Assembly: GCA_032718475.1 (NCBI GenBank)
Contig: JAUCBJ010000709.1
Location: 2,866-66,865 of the forward strand
Direction: 5' to 3'
DNA length: 64,000 nt
Origin: Nemertoderma westbladi
Lineage: Eukaryota; Animalia; Xenacoelomorpha
Position 1 is the stretch's first letter. Each line of letters starts with the position of its first letter. A program made the position numbers and the translations under genes. The notes under the pieces were generated by a model. The model was given only the letters and a program-made list of their open reading frames with translations, had not been told where the DNA came from and did no database searches. Shown piece after piece: positions 35,289-49,111 of this stretch.

Positions 35289-38200
35289 CATGGCCTTCTA
35301 AACAACAGGCCTGGCAACCATGCAGGGCTAGAAGAAAACTGGAGGCCTACTTGTTTGCTGTAATTAATAGTTGCTACTGTGCGGTTGGTTCATAATATAA
35401 TGCATTTTATGCATGTAGGACCTGGTGATGAAGGTTATATTGTTGCGCTTTTCGGTTATATACCACAATTAGAATTTTCATTATCATTTATAACATAATT
35501 TCTAGAAACTTCTTCACGGTAATTCTTTTTTTAATTAAAAATAATATAAAACATTGAAAACAATTCATGAGGTAGATTCAATTCCCATACCAATATAATT
35601 ATTAATATATATTTATACATATAATAGAAAGTAAATTTAACTATTATTAGATAATTTAATTTTTTTTAATGCAGGTTCCTTTGATGATCTCGGGGTTATG
35701 ATTTTCGATAAATTATTCATAAATATGTTAGCTAGAGTTTTGGAATAATGATACCCAGTTTTGAGTTGGTAAATTTGCCCTATTTCTTTAAAGTAACAGA
35801 TAAGAGATTTCCGGCAAAATATATTATTATTATCTAGACGAGTGAATAAAATTAAAGAATAGAAAACCCACTGTACAACATTATCGGATGGAATTGTCAG
35901 CCCTCCCCGTGATAAACTATCAATATATGACCCATAATTATTATAATATTCGAAAGTTTCTAACTCTTTCATCTCTGTGTTGTCGTTGTCAGCCTCAACA
36001 CCATTAACCCTTCGTAATCGTTCTTGTTCTTTATGAACAATATACCCACTAATATATACCAGTGACATTTTGGTGCCTTCATTGATACCCTGCTCAAGTA
36101 CATTAATGTTATCCAACACATAATTCTCATTTTCTGTCAATGGTCTCTGGCAACCAGCACAGCTGTGATCCAAAGATGAGCTGAAATCTATATCATATTG
36201 GAGAAGTAACTTCGTATGTTGAATACAAAGTTTCTCAAGGGCTTGAACAACGGAAATAAAATATGCACCTCCACAACCCTGCCTCAACTTACTGAAGGCA
36301 TATTCGAGGGGATCAGTGTCAAACTCACCCATCAGCACGTATTCATGGGTGGTGGATAGTAAGTGTTTCACCAATGCTACAATCCCTCTCATCGTGTGAG
36401 ATATAGCCTTGCCTGTATCCATTGTTAACGATTTGTAGCGTTTGATACCATTCCGACATTGCATTGCATCCACACGATCGGTAAATTCAATTAGTTCAGT
36501 GAGCCGAATATCATTGGCATTGCGCACTACTTCACGGCGGTCATCTCGCAATCGCACATTATCGTGGGGTCTTTTGACATTTATTATCGTCATGCTCTAA
36601 TAATTATGTCAAGAAATTCAATAGTCCCAGTGGAATCAATTTCTGAGCAACCTGGATGGGTTCGAAGTGCCGAAAGTCCTTCATCGCAAAATACACGCAG
36701 CATAGTAGACACTTTTTGCCGCTCCACCGGCTTTGGGTACACTGCAACTTCATTCAGTCTTGACAATTTGACCAGTGTCCCTTGATCCAATTTCCATAAA
36801 CTCTCGATATCTGACCACCTGGCTACCATAGGTTGCCCTCCAGTGACTGGCGTAAATATTATTTCCTTCGTTTTCTCTGTAATCCAATTGTTTCTAATAC
36901 TTTTGAACAGATGTACGTAGTCATAAAGGAGAAATATACCTGATGTTGTTTTCCAAGGCATATTTGGCACAGTTTCGAATCTACCAAAGAATGCCTGGTT
37001 AACTTTATTGTCGTCACATGTTATGCATATCACAGATCCCCTGCAGACTTAATGGCGTCGATGAGAGCACAAGTTTGGTTGTATTGAAAACTAGAGTCCA
37101 AATTACATACCGGTATCATCTTAACCAGGAAGGTGGGCCCCCGAGTAGGCATTTGACCATTAGAGAAAGTAACGTTTTTGCCAGTAAGTGTGGATTATTT
37201 AAAGCAGAGCCAAACAATTCCCCACCATGATATCGGAGAGAGGCATTGACATAAACTTCATCCACCATTATAACACATAATCGATTCTGCAAAGGAAGAG
37301 CACTGAAAATTTTCTTCACCACATCTAAGTCATCAAGGTTTCTTGTCTGAGATGTCAAATTTCTCAAAGTCCTCATACTTGGCAATTGGTAATCCTTCGC
37401 AAACCTCTGATATAGGGCCCGGGATACTGAGAAATATTCAAATGCTCGTACCACACTAGGAACAGAGTACAGTTTTGTACCAATAATGGGGGCTTTCATA
37501 GCTGTCAGTTGTTCTTTTAGAATCAATTTTTTGTTGGTGGCTTCCATATTTTTCAGATAGCGAATACACTCTGTCAGAACAGAATATCGTTCAATTGTGT
37601 TAATTCTACTACTTGTAAGAGTACAAATGAAGCATTGGACTCCGTAATGATATGATTGAAAATGGTATGAAGGGTCAATATGTATTAAAAACATTGGAAC
37701 ACCACATATAAAATCATTTGATTGAATGCAGATGTCACCACCAATTGAATACACTGCAAGTTGGCCATTATAGTTTCTATTAACAAAGGCAAATATTTCT
37801 TCTTGGGTCAGCACTATAGAATCCTGTTTGATGAAATCACCATACTCGTCAGCCACCTTCCCCCGTTCTGATAATGAAGTTCTCTCAGTTGATCTGGGTC
37901 TAGGGGGTGGAGTGGGAATGAGGCTGGGCTTTACACAATCGAAAATAGAAGGAGGGTCTGATGGTCTTAATTTACCATGTACTTTAATAGATTTATATCC
38001 AGGTGGCCAATGTTTCTCACAAACCACTGTGTATTTGTTAACGATCAAATTATCCCTAGGGATACTCTCTATCCATTGCTTGCACTCAATCTCATCTTTT
38101 GGTAGACGGTATATGGAGTACCTTTCTCTCTCCTTGCGATAATTTGAGTTACAGTTAGTGACACAGCACTTGAGAGGCATTCTAGCATAATTATCAACAA

Positions 38201-39263
38201 TATTAATAATATTTAAGACATAACATACGTCCAGTTCATCGTATCTGTCCACTGTAAGACTCTTACACTAGTAAAAGCAGGCTGCATTCTAAATTTCATT
38301 ATTAGCCTATGTGATGTGACAGTCAATTCAATTAAATTCCGGGAGAGGGTCCGGTCTTATATTTCTTAAAGATTATATAAATGATAAATTGTTATATATA
38401 GCACAGCACAATAATTGACAATAAAATAAACAAAAAATTAATTGCATGAGACTAGAACATCAAACAGTCAAACCTGGCCTTCTAAATAAATAATATATAA
38501 AATATAAAATAATACTGGTACCGGTGGAATACAATTTTTAACATAATAATAAACTCATATTTAAAATAAACTCATATGCCTATTTAAAAATGAATACAAC
38601 TGTCCTAGTCATACATACCACCACCCACCCAGTACCAGTTATCGCATACTGGTCTTCGTTAAGATAAAGGATTACCTCTGACCTCGGTTCTCAGCCTAGG
38701 CCTGTTGGTGACCGGCAGCAGTCACCATCTAGTTGGCTATAGAGGCCTATTGTATTACTGAACGAACACCATACTGGCGAATGTTTTGGCGGCTACACTG
38801 AACACCAACACACGATTATCTTCCCAGGTCTGCCGCACTGCCGGGGCCGGCCCCGCTGGAAACTGTACCTGGTATTGTCTGGTACTGTCTGCCGGTACGG
38901 TCACAGTAGCTGCGGGTCGGGTACCAATTCTCGCAAAGGTACCGGTAAATCGTCCTCTGACACCACGTAGGAGTACGACTGTAGGCCTACCGTACTTGGC
39001 GAACAAAGTGTCTTGAAATAGCAAGCAATAGACTAGGCCTACTCAAAAGCAATAACACTAATTAATTACTCTAATTTACCATACAGCCATACTGATGTAC
39101 TGTTAACTAACTGCAGTACTGCAGCACCGTTTAATAGCCTACTGCTGTACTGTAATACTACTGTTCTGGTATGGCACTACTGCAGATACCTGGTTGGCAT
39201 TCTAGGCCTCCAGTCATTCAGCTTCACTGCACGGTTGCCAGGCCTGTTGTTTAGAAGGCCATG
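35289..39263 (-). mobile_element. P-element superfamily DNA transposon (THAP9-like), full length, in ENaC intron 3
   Basis: 31-bp perfect TIR CATGGCCTTCTAAACAACAGGCCTGGCAACC; 8-bp TSD TCATCAAC; transposase inside. Confidence 0.93.
35637..38180 (-). pseudogene. THAP-domain P-element transposase with three apparent -1 frameshifts
   Basis: MPLKCCVTNC…W…VCEKHW…PPSIF (THAP); 'VIMVDEVYV', 'TCDDNKVNQ', 'YDYVHLFKSIRNNW', 'TDPLEYAFSKLRQGCGG'. Frameshifts near 37140, 37040 and 36590. Confidence 0.88.
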
Positions 39264-39936
39264 TCATCAACCTATAAAACATTTGAACGGCCCAGTGCCT
39301 ACAATGATATTCCCATGGATTCACTGGGAAGAGTTATTCATCTGGTGGGGTAATACATTATACAAACTTACAGTTGATGTTTGATAACTGTCTGGGTTAG
39401 AGTGAGATAGTAATAAATTTGGCAAGTAATATACTTCTGTGCAGTTTGGGCCTATTTCCATTCAATAAATAGTAGTAGCTTACTAGGCCCACATGAGTAC
39501 CAGCAGCTGGTGTTTCTATCGTTGAGTTGATGGCAATTTTCTTGTTTTCATTTTCGCGCACTCAGGGTAATGGTTTGAGGGGCAGGTTCGTTTAAAGCCA
39601 TAGCTTGCTGGCTTTCTAGTTAGGAAGTATAAATTCTTCAGTTGATGGGTTGGGGGAGTCAATGGGCTATAGTTTGTTACAGTCTGAGTATGTTGTCTTA
39701 TATGCCGGTATCGCATCGGCTTCAAATCTGAAGCCTGAACTCTCGATCCTTGGAGGCGATGCGGCATAACGCGAATTATGACCACCTGGATTGGATGTGC
39801 TGCACAACCCTATCTATTGCAAGGCTGTACGATTCTACGATAACTCGCTTGAAACAGTACTATCGTTAATCTCTTTTTTAATACATATATTAAATATTTT
39901 ATTACATAACTTATCGAATTGATATTTTTAATTAAG

Positions 39937-40043
39937 TTGCAAAGGAACGGATGGGAAATGTGCAGAAGACGACTTCGATTTAACTTTATCCGTTGAGCGT
40001 GGACGATGTTACACGTACCCGGGTAGAAACAGAACAACTTCAG
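39937..40043 (+). CDS. DEG/ENaC exon 4 (downstream exons not identified in the window)
   Basis: attaag|(S)CKGTDGKCAEDDF…RGRCYTYPG (GxCYTF-type motif)…|gttagt. Confidence 0.8.
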
Positions 40044-42123
40044 GTTAGTTTTAATTTTTCAAACCTTTTATTTTGTGGCAAGCACTAAAAGAGACACCTT
40101 TTTTTAGAAAACTGGTAAAAATATGGCTGGTCTGAATCAATGAACAAAACTAACATTGTGGATGGAGATTCTTCTTTTATAATAACTAATGTGCTTCCAT
40201 CAATGAATCTAAAGAAACCCCAATGGCACCAGCAATATTGAATCACTATCCAACCCTTATACAGTATTTACACGTTCGTGGGGCCATCGCGCAGGACGAG
40301 GCTCAGTTCTCAGATACATATTAAAATTGAGCGACTGTATCACAAAATCAGGTTTTGAGAAATTTACCCACACCACCAATCAATCAAAGAAAGGGGGACA
40401 GTATGTGTTCACCCCTTTTAATATGCACCCCCCCCCCCCCACCCTTCCCACCGAACAGTACTTTATAACTACCGATGCCTTCAATAGGCGAAGCCAGGTA
40501 TGGTTTATAGGAATATAATCAATGCAGTAGGCAGTTATAAACGTCGTTGTGCTCGTCCTGTTTTGTATTTAAACATATTTCCTAAACGCAGACTGACGGA
40601 CGATCTTTATAACTACTGTACTGATGCCTTCAATAGGTGAAGCCAGGTATGGTTAATAGGAATATAGTCTACACAGTACTCGTGTTGCCGTTATTCCCGA
40701 CACCATGGGGAAAACGCCGATGCTGGAGGCGGAATTTTCAGACCACAGGATTCTGGCCAGTCACTGGATATTGGGAGTGGAGAAGGAGTCCTTTCTGAGA
40801 TGCAAGGTTGCAGTCGAGAAAAAAGTTGCATTGGTTGGAAATAATCTTTAATGTAACTAAACTCTGATTGAACCCTGATTGAGAAAAAGTTGGGCTTCCC
40901 CACACCAATATACACCAAATATTCACAATAATATACGAACATATAAATTCCTACAGTACATTAATTAATTACCCACTGTTCGCTTTAGATTTTATCCTAA
41001 CTAATGATCCCCATTTTCCCTCGGTCCTAGTCCCGGTACCGTAGTGTCGGTGTCGGTCGACCCTGTTGCGTGTCCGTCCCACCCTTCCTGAACCCCGAAG
41101 GGATCGGTCATCAGGAAAGCGGCGTACGGCTTGGCTAGGGGTCTTCGGTTAAACGCAGGGTCCCAACTACCTAAGCTTTCCGAGTCCCTTTCAGTCTTGT
41201 AGTCGCTTCGGTAGCCAAGAAGCTGCTCCGAATAGTCGGTAGGCCAGTAGAGTCCGTTCCTTTGTCTTTCGACCCCGTTGCGTGTCCGTCCCACCCTTCC
41301 CGAACCCTGAAGGGATTGGTCATCAGGAAAACGGTACGGCTTGGCAAGGGGTCTGTCAGCCGGTTGTGAGTCCCAACTGTCGGTAGTTTTCCGAGTCCCT
41401 TTCAGGCTCGTACTAACGCCAGTCGTGGAACCCACTCCAGGAAGCTAGTCCTCATCGAACCCTTCCTCCGTTTAATCGGTCGATCCGTCGCAAGTCCCCG
41501 GTGCAGTCGGCAAGCTTTCCGAGTCCTTATTCAGGCTCGTAATAACTGCCGGTGACCAGGGACCGCTAAGGATCTGTCTGTCGGTTCCTGTCGCTGTTAT
41601 GGATATTGACCAAAACATGAAAATAAATAGATATATAAAATCTTGTTATATTTTCCGAGAATACCGAGCCTACTTCATTTCATAAATCAGTACCGGTATA
41701 TCACACAACTGAAATACTAACAGAAATCAGATATTATATTGCTGTATCTGACTAACGATACCGGTAATCACTGAATAACTAAAAGAACTACAGTATGAAA
41801 AAGGGTCCCCTATAAATGCAATATATTTTGCACACACTCCGGGGCGGCCAAAAATTTAATTTACGTACAATAAGAGAATAAAAATAATATAAATAAACAC
41901 GAAAAATACTTGCATATAATTCAAATTATGCGGAAAAAAAAAAAAAACACCAAATCGAAATATGTTTTGTACTCTTACAATACACGTTAAAATAACACAA
42001 AAAATAACTACTTTCAGAAAATAAAAATGTTGCGTCCAAAAATTACACGCAGAGAAAAAAAAATAATTAAAAATTTCCAAAAGAAAAAAAATATTGTTTT
42101 CAATTAAGTATACTTTGCAGAAC

Positions 42124-45100
42124 TCAGTCATCTGTTTCATCGCTTGACTCTGCTAATAATTTTATTTTTTTATTCGCTTTTTCGGCTGATGCTCGCTTGG
42201 GACGTAGAGTTACAACTTTAGAAAGTTCATTATTATATATGTGTGGTTTGTCTTTAAACAACTCTAAATCGTTATCCTTAACAGTAATAGGTGAATTATC
42301 CTGAACTTCTAAAGGGTATAAGCGTTTTATAGGACGCTTTGTAACACAATTTGCAGTCTTCACCGTAACGTAGCGAACTCTGTCATCATTGCCCGGATGA
42401 AGGTCAATGACACGTCCAAGCTTCCACTGTAGACGGGGGGTAAATTTATTTCCTTCTATAAGAACGACGTCCCCTTTATTGACCACAGGACCTGGTTTGG
42501 AAGTCCACCGATGGGATTCCCGTAGAGATGTAAGATACTCATTAGACCATCGATTCCAAAAGTCTTTAAGGACCCGTTGAATGCGATGAATTTGGTCATA
42601 CAAAAATGACTGATTACAATAATCTGGATCAGATAGATCACTATCTGGAATTAGACCTGGAAGGTCAGTCAGACGATATCCACTTAATAATTGTGACGGT
42701 GTGATGGGATGAAGATCTTTAACATCAGAAGTCACATAAGTGAGAGGTCTATCATTTAAAGATGCCTCTATTTCAATAATAATCATGCGAAGCTCATCGA
42801 GTTTCACCAGAGCATTTCCTAGGACACGTTTGAGGCAGGTTTTAGTTGAACGAATCAAGCGTTCCCACATTCCACCAAACCAAGGGGATGCTTGCGGTAT
42901 AAACTTCCATTCTAGGTGTCTTTCAGCTAAATATTGCTGTACTTTCAAGTCTGTTTGTATACTTAAAAGAACATCTCTAGACGAAGTGAAAGTAGATGCA
43001 TTATCACTCAACAGAAGTGACGGATAACGTCGTCTGCCAACAAAGGAACGAAATGCAAGAATAAACTGTAAGGGAGTATTGTCTGAAACTAACTCTAAGT
43101 GGATTGCTCTCGTTGACGTACAAGTAAATAACGCAATATATACTTTACGTCTTAAATTCCTATCTTTAACAAGTACAGCCCCGGTGTAATCAACACCAAC
43201 AGTATTAAATGGTCGTTGAGGCTTAACTCTGTATGGCGGTAAGGGTGGAACTGGTGGTGTACCATAAGGCTTACCCTGAACTTTTATACATGGGACACAT
43301 TTACGAATAATCGAATGGACTCGTTGCCGAATACAAGGAATCCACCATCGTTGACGTAGATAAGCAATAGTACTTTGTGTACCTTCATGAAGATTCCTAA
43401 TATGGGCTTCTTGTATAACAAGCTTAGTGAAGATATGGTTCTTTGGAAGTAATATCGGATACTTCGACTCTATGGAGATATATGAATTTGAAATTCTACC
43501 ACAACTCTTAATTATATTATTATCTAAATAGAGCTTCAATTGCTTTACAAGGGATGGCGCTTTAGTAGTATTAGTTGTCTTATTAAGCAAGAACTGAATT
43601 TCGTCACTGAATGATTCACCTTGGACTTGACGCACCCACCAAAGCTCAGCTGCTACATACTCATTTGTGGTGAGAAACTGTTTCTTCACCATGAGACTAG
43701 AAGAAGTATCATTCTTTGATAATACACTTTGTTTTAGATTACGAATAAATCTCAAAACCCAACCTGTTACTCGTAACAAGCGGTTGTAATTACTGAATGA
43801 TTCCAAGGAAATAGCTAAAGGTTGTCGAGTTTCAGTTACTACCCCAACCATGTTAGCTGTAATATCATGAGCACTAATATCTTCAATACCAGAAAAGAGT
43901 TTCTGTTCGGGCCAATCAATAGGCGTAGACAACCATGGTGGACCATGCCACCATAGAGTTGAGGATTGCAGAGAATTGGATGATGTGCCCCTAGAGAGGA
44001 GGTCAGCAGGGTTATCCTTACTCTGTACATGTTGAATCTTAGTATTAGGTACAGTAGACTTTATAAGACGATTTATTTCAGATGCACGTCTTTCAACATA
44101 ATTTTTTAACGGTTCGGTTTAACTATCCAATACTGGACGATTTCACTGTCAGTCCAAAGGAAGTAATTAACTGACTGGGAACAGATATTTCCATAGACAG
44201 TTACAACGTAGGACAATAAACGCATACCAACATTTACTGCAGTAAGTTCCATTTGTGGAGTAGTAGTAATGGTGTCGGAAGAAGATAACTGGGCACCTTT
44301 TCTAATTATACCTCGTTTCTTTAACGGTATTACCTTAGCTTTAGAAATAACCAGTTGGGGTTTACTGGAATCATTAGTTACATAAATAACAGCACCATAT
44401 GCTTTTGAAGAAGCATCGGTAAATACGTGGAAGGAACATTCTGGACCAATGGGCTCTAACTGACGGGGGATACTACACTTAAATATGGAATACATATTAG
44501 TAGCAATAGTTTGCCATTTACTTATATAGTCGGGTCCTAATTTCTCATTCCAATGACATTTTGATTTCCATAAATCTTGAATAAATATACGAGAAGTGAT
44601 TGTGACAGGGTTAAAAATTCCAAGAGGGTCAAAATATTTCGCAGCGTGACTCACTACCATTCGTTTAGTTAGATAGTCAGCTGGTTCAAATACATGATTC
44701 TTAAATTCTAGAACATCCTGAGAAACATTCCATCTCAATCCAAGAACCTTAGCAATATTACTTGAGGATTTGGGATTGTCACCATTTGTAGTAATTATTT
44801 TCGATAATTGAGGACTATTTGTAATCCACTCTCTAAGAGGGAGGTTAGCCTTTGAAAATATTTCTTTACAATCGTAATAATACTGAATAATTTCAGACTC
44901 GGTAGAAAAAGTACCTTGCAGGTTATCTATATATAAATTCTGGAGAATTTTCTTAGCTACGGGAGATAAGTATCTACTTAAATGCTCACGAATTGTAGCA
45001 TTCAGAAGGTACTGACTACAGGTTGCTCCAAAGAGTACAACTTTAAATCTATAAGTAACGAGTTTACTATTAGTGTTAAATGGATTGGATGGCCATAAAA

Positions 45101-47717
45101 ATCTGGTTGCATCACGATCAGCGACATTTAAACTTAAATGTAAGTAGGCTTTTTCGATGTCAGCCAACACAACGTAAACAAATATTCGAAATAGTAATAC
45201 ACAAGTTATGAGTTCTGGAGTAAAACACTGACCGGTATATAAACAGTCGTTTAAACTGGGTGACTTAGGCCCTTCCTTAGCGGAACAGTCAAAAACTATC
45301 CTTAAAGGAGTTGTTATGGATTCTGGCTTCTCAACTCCGTGATGAGCCAAATAATGCACACGAATCGGTATTTCAACATTATCTACTGGTAATAATTCAA
45401 TAAAGTTACGTTTCAATTGATCTTGTATAACATTATGGTATGCAGAAAGTAAATCGGGTCTCTTTCTTAATTTAGTCAGAGTGAAACACAACCGTTTAAA
45501 AGCTAAATTATAATTATTCGGCAATTTGGGATGATTGGGTCGCCATGGTAACGACACACAATAACTGCCATTCATAAATTTCAAAGTTTCTTGAAATTTA
45601 GAATTAACAACTTCATCTACGGGATTTGGTGTATCGGTACAAATACCAATACTATCTAAATCCCATAAACGACATAGTAACATATCTAGATTATCATGAG
45701 ATTCAATAGCACCAACTGATAGCACAGAAGAAGCTACATTAGTTGTAATAACAGAAATATCTGGATCACTACAATCAATAGCGGTGCAGGCCATGGGAAT
45801 TCTGCCTGCAATAACTTCACCAAAAATAGATGGTACACGATATAAACCACTGGGTAACTTATCCGCATATACAAATTCATAATAGTAATCAATACCAATA
45901 ATAATAGATATATCACTTAAATTATCACCTGGTAAGGGGTCTGCTAATATTATACCTTTGAGATAAATATTATCTAAAGCACGTGTACGACCAGGTACTA
46001 TAAAACGTGGAGGTAGGGAATCAACCAAAAACGCAAAGACTGTTATACGTTTCTTTTGAGTAGAAACCTCAAACATAACAATCTCATAAAGTTGTTGTTC
46101 ACCTAACTCATTAACACCATCGATACTAGTGTATATACGATCTACTACAGGTAAATCAAGTAAAGTGGCTAATTTACTTAACATCAGAGTCCTCTGAGAC
46201 CCTGTATCTAATAATGCCCAAACTTTAGTAATCGATTCATCTTTACTCCATATCGGTATATATGCTGTAGGCACAAGTGAAGAATATTTGGTGTTAACTC
46301 CAGACTTATTAGCTACTGCAGATGACACAACATTATCAGCAATATTAGAATTATCTACACTAGATGATGCTACACTTTGGTTATTTGCACTAGAATTGCT
46401 ATTGCTTGCAACTTTATTATGTGGTTTAGGTCTACTGTTACGATCCAAATGTAATAATGTATGGTGGTTTTTATGACAAATTCCACAAACATTAGAATTA
46501 GGACAGGAAGTTCCTCTTTCATGATTGGGTCGCAAGCAATTAGTGCATAATTTTAATTCTTTAACACGGTAATATCTATTCTGAGGAGTATTATATCTAC
46601 TACAATTACGTAATACATGGTTACCATTACACAGGAAACACGACACTTTAAATTTATTACATTGTGACCGCTTTCCATCTGAAGTTTGGGCGATAGGTAA
46701 TGAGGTTGCAGTACCGGTACCCATCTGATATAGCGATTTATCGTAAGGTTGCAATTTATCGCCTTCGGTATCGGCAGCACGTAGTTGCTCAATTTCCTGC
46801 TGTAAAGCAGTCCGTAGTGAATCTAGATCCCAACAGGTGGCGTGGGCTGCGCGGTTAATGTCGTTGCGAACTTTAGACGGCAACTTCCTGACCAATAATG
46901 CAGCAAACACGAAACCAGCGCCTTCTATGTCAGTGCCCAGATTTTTCAATCCACGGAGGTGGGATTCATAGACTGCGCGGAAAGTCGTTAAATCTTCCAC
47001 ACTCGCGTCTGGTTCCTCTATATCAAATAGAGCGTTTAGGCGAGCTTGGATAAGAAGCTCTTTCTTACCATACGTTTCCTCTAATAATTTAACAGCCTCG
47101 ACATAGTCTGAGTCTGTCCGATGAAAGCCAGCGACCATTTTCGCCGCATTGCCGCTTAGCTGGCCTTCTAAATAATTGAACTTGGTGGCACCGCCAATTT
47201 CAGAACGGCAGTGCACTGCGTCACAAAAGCGGTCCCAAAAATTGGGCCAGTCTAAAACGTCTCCAGAAAACGTAGGTAGTTTTAGATTAGGCAGCTTATA
47301 CTGCTTATTAATAACGTTTACAGTAGGCAACGGTTGACCTACAGATACTTGATGAGTGACTACCGGTTGGTCACCTCCAATACTAGAATTCCGGTTTTGA
47401 TCACCAATTAGGTAATTAGCAGAACGGATTAGCCTATGGTATCGCTCATCGTAACGACTAACCTCGTCAATCTCGTCCTCGAGAACATCCTCGTCCATTA
47501 CGAGAACCTCGATCTCTTCATCGAATTCCTTAAGTTTGTTCATCTGGATTTCGAGAGAGTTAATCTTTCCCAGGATTTCCTGAACATTAGGTGCTTCAAC
47601 ATATATCTGCTGAGTTAAATCCTCATATAAGAGTGCATTTAACTCTCCGGTAAGACGAGTCACAACCGATCGGTGACCGCCTCGCCGGCGTTTCAAAGTC
47701 TGGCATTTATCCGCCAT
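42124..47717 (-). CDS. BEL/Pao Gag-Pol (Gag, three zinc knuckles, protease, RT, RNase H, integrase) with one frameshift near 44118
   Basis: LPTFSGDVLDWPNFW (Gag), Cys/His knuckles, LLDTGSQ protease, LYIDN RT, FTDASSKAYG RNase H, HHCC plus GVDYTG/SDNA/GMWERL integrase. Confidence 0.92.
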
Positions 47718-48029
47718 AGCGCGACCTACTGCTACTGCCTAACTGCAGAACTGCAGTACAGCAATAAGCATGAAGTAGGCCTATTCGGTACCGGTATTCA
47801 CGATGTGATATTCCGCCACATCCTATATTCACAATAGCCCTTCATCCAGGTCCAGGCACCAAAATGTTATGGATATTGACCAAAACATGAAAATAAATAG
47901 ATATATAAAATCTTGTTATATTTTCCGAGAATACCGAGCCTACTTCATTTCATAAATCAGTACCGGTATATCACACAACTGAAATACTAACAGAAATCAG
48001 ATATTATATTGCTGTATCTGATATTATAT

Positions 48030-49111
48030 GGGTCCTACTAAATACTACAAAAAGCACAAAACAAGCACAAAAAAGCACAAAAAAGTCAAGAAGAGCACAA
48101 AAAAGCACAAAAAAAGCACAAAAAAGCACAAAAAAAGTAAAAAAAAGCACAAAAAAGTAAAAAAAAAAGCACAAAAAAGCAAACTGATAGATGTTTATTG
48201 AGTTGTAATAGAACAGATGATAGAAGCAATATCATGTAGTGCAGTAGTGTCTAGGCTACCGGAAGGATAATCACATGTCCAGTATGCTTTCATGTCATAT
48301 AGCTGCCAGTGAGTGAGTACCAGCACTAGCACTTACAGGTACAGCCCTACCACGAGCACCCTAGTGCAATATCAGGCTAATGTCAGTATGTAAAGATGGT
48401 TCAATTCAAATATCATGATAGAACTTATAATACTGTAGTAGACTTTGTTATTGTCTTGTCACATTATGTCAACTTATCAGCGTTCTGGTTAATTACTTGT
48501 AACGATGTAGCGACGCAGCATAGGCGCTTGTAAACTGGATATGTCAGTGTTGACCGAAATCGCGATTATTCTATTATTGGAATGCCTTTATTCACCGATA
48601 AATCGACATACTGTACAATTATATCACATCACGGTCTGCCCGAACCTCTCGAGTGGGCGATCGATAACGTCTGAGGACAAGTATGATGATATTAGTCATA
48701 GTCATACTTGCAAGAATCTCGCTTAGGTCGGAACTGCCTTGGTTACGATATCTGCGTCTGTTGGAAACACAGTTCCTGCCTGGGTTTAACCACTGCTGTT
48801 GTAACACTACTGTATACTTTGAAATTTCTATAACTGCCAGATTGTTTGCAATGTTGTTTAGGAGTTCATGCGTACTTATCTTATATGTCAGGGGGGGAAG
48901 GGGGTGTCTGTAACAATATCTCTCATATTTTCGCCCCCCCCCCCCCCCCCCCATCTCTCTTGATGTGAGAATGTTTTTTTGTGCTTTTTTTTACTTTTTT
49001 TGTGCTTTTTTTTACTTTTTTGTGCTTTTTTGTGCTTTTTTTGTGCTTTTTTGTGCTTTTCTTGACTTTTTTGTGCTTGTTTTGTGCTTTTTGTAGTATT
49101 TAGTAGGACCC
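48030..49111. mobile_element. MULE/Foldback-like non-autonomous DNA transposon inside the BEL 5' LTR
   Basis: TIRs GGGTCCTACTAAATACTAC followed by (AAAAAGCAC)n subrepeats; 9-bp TSD ATATTATAT. Confidence 0.85.
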
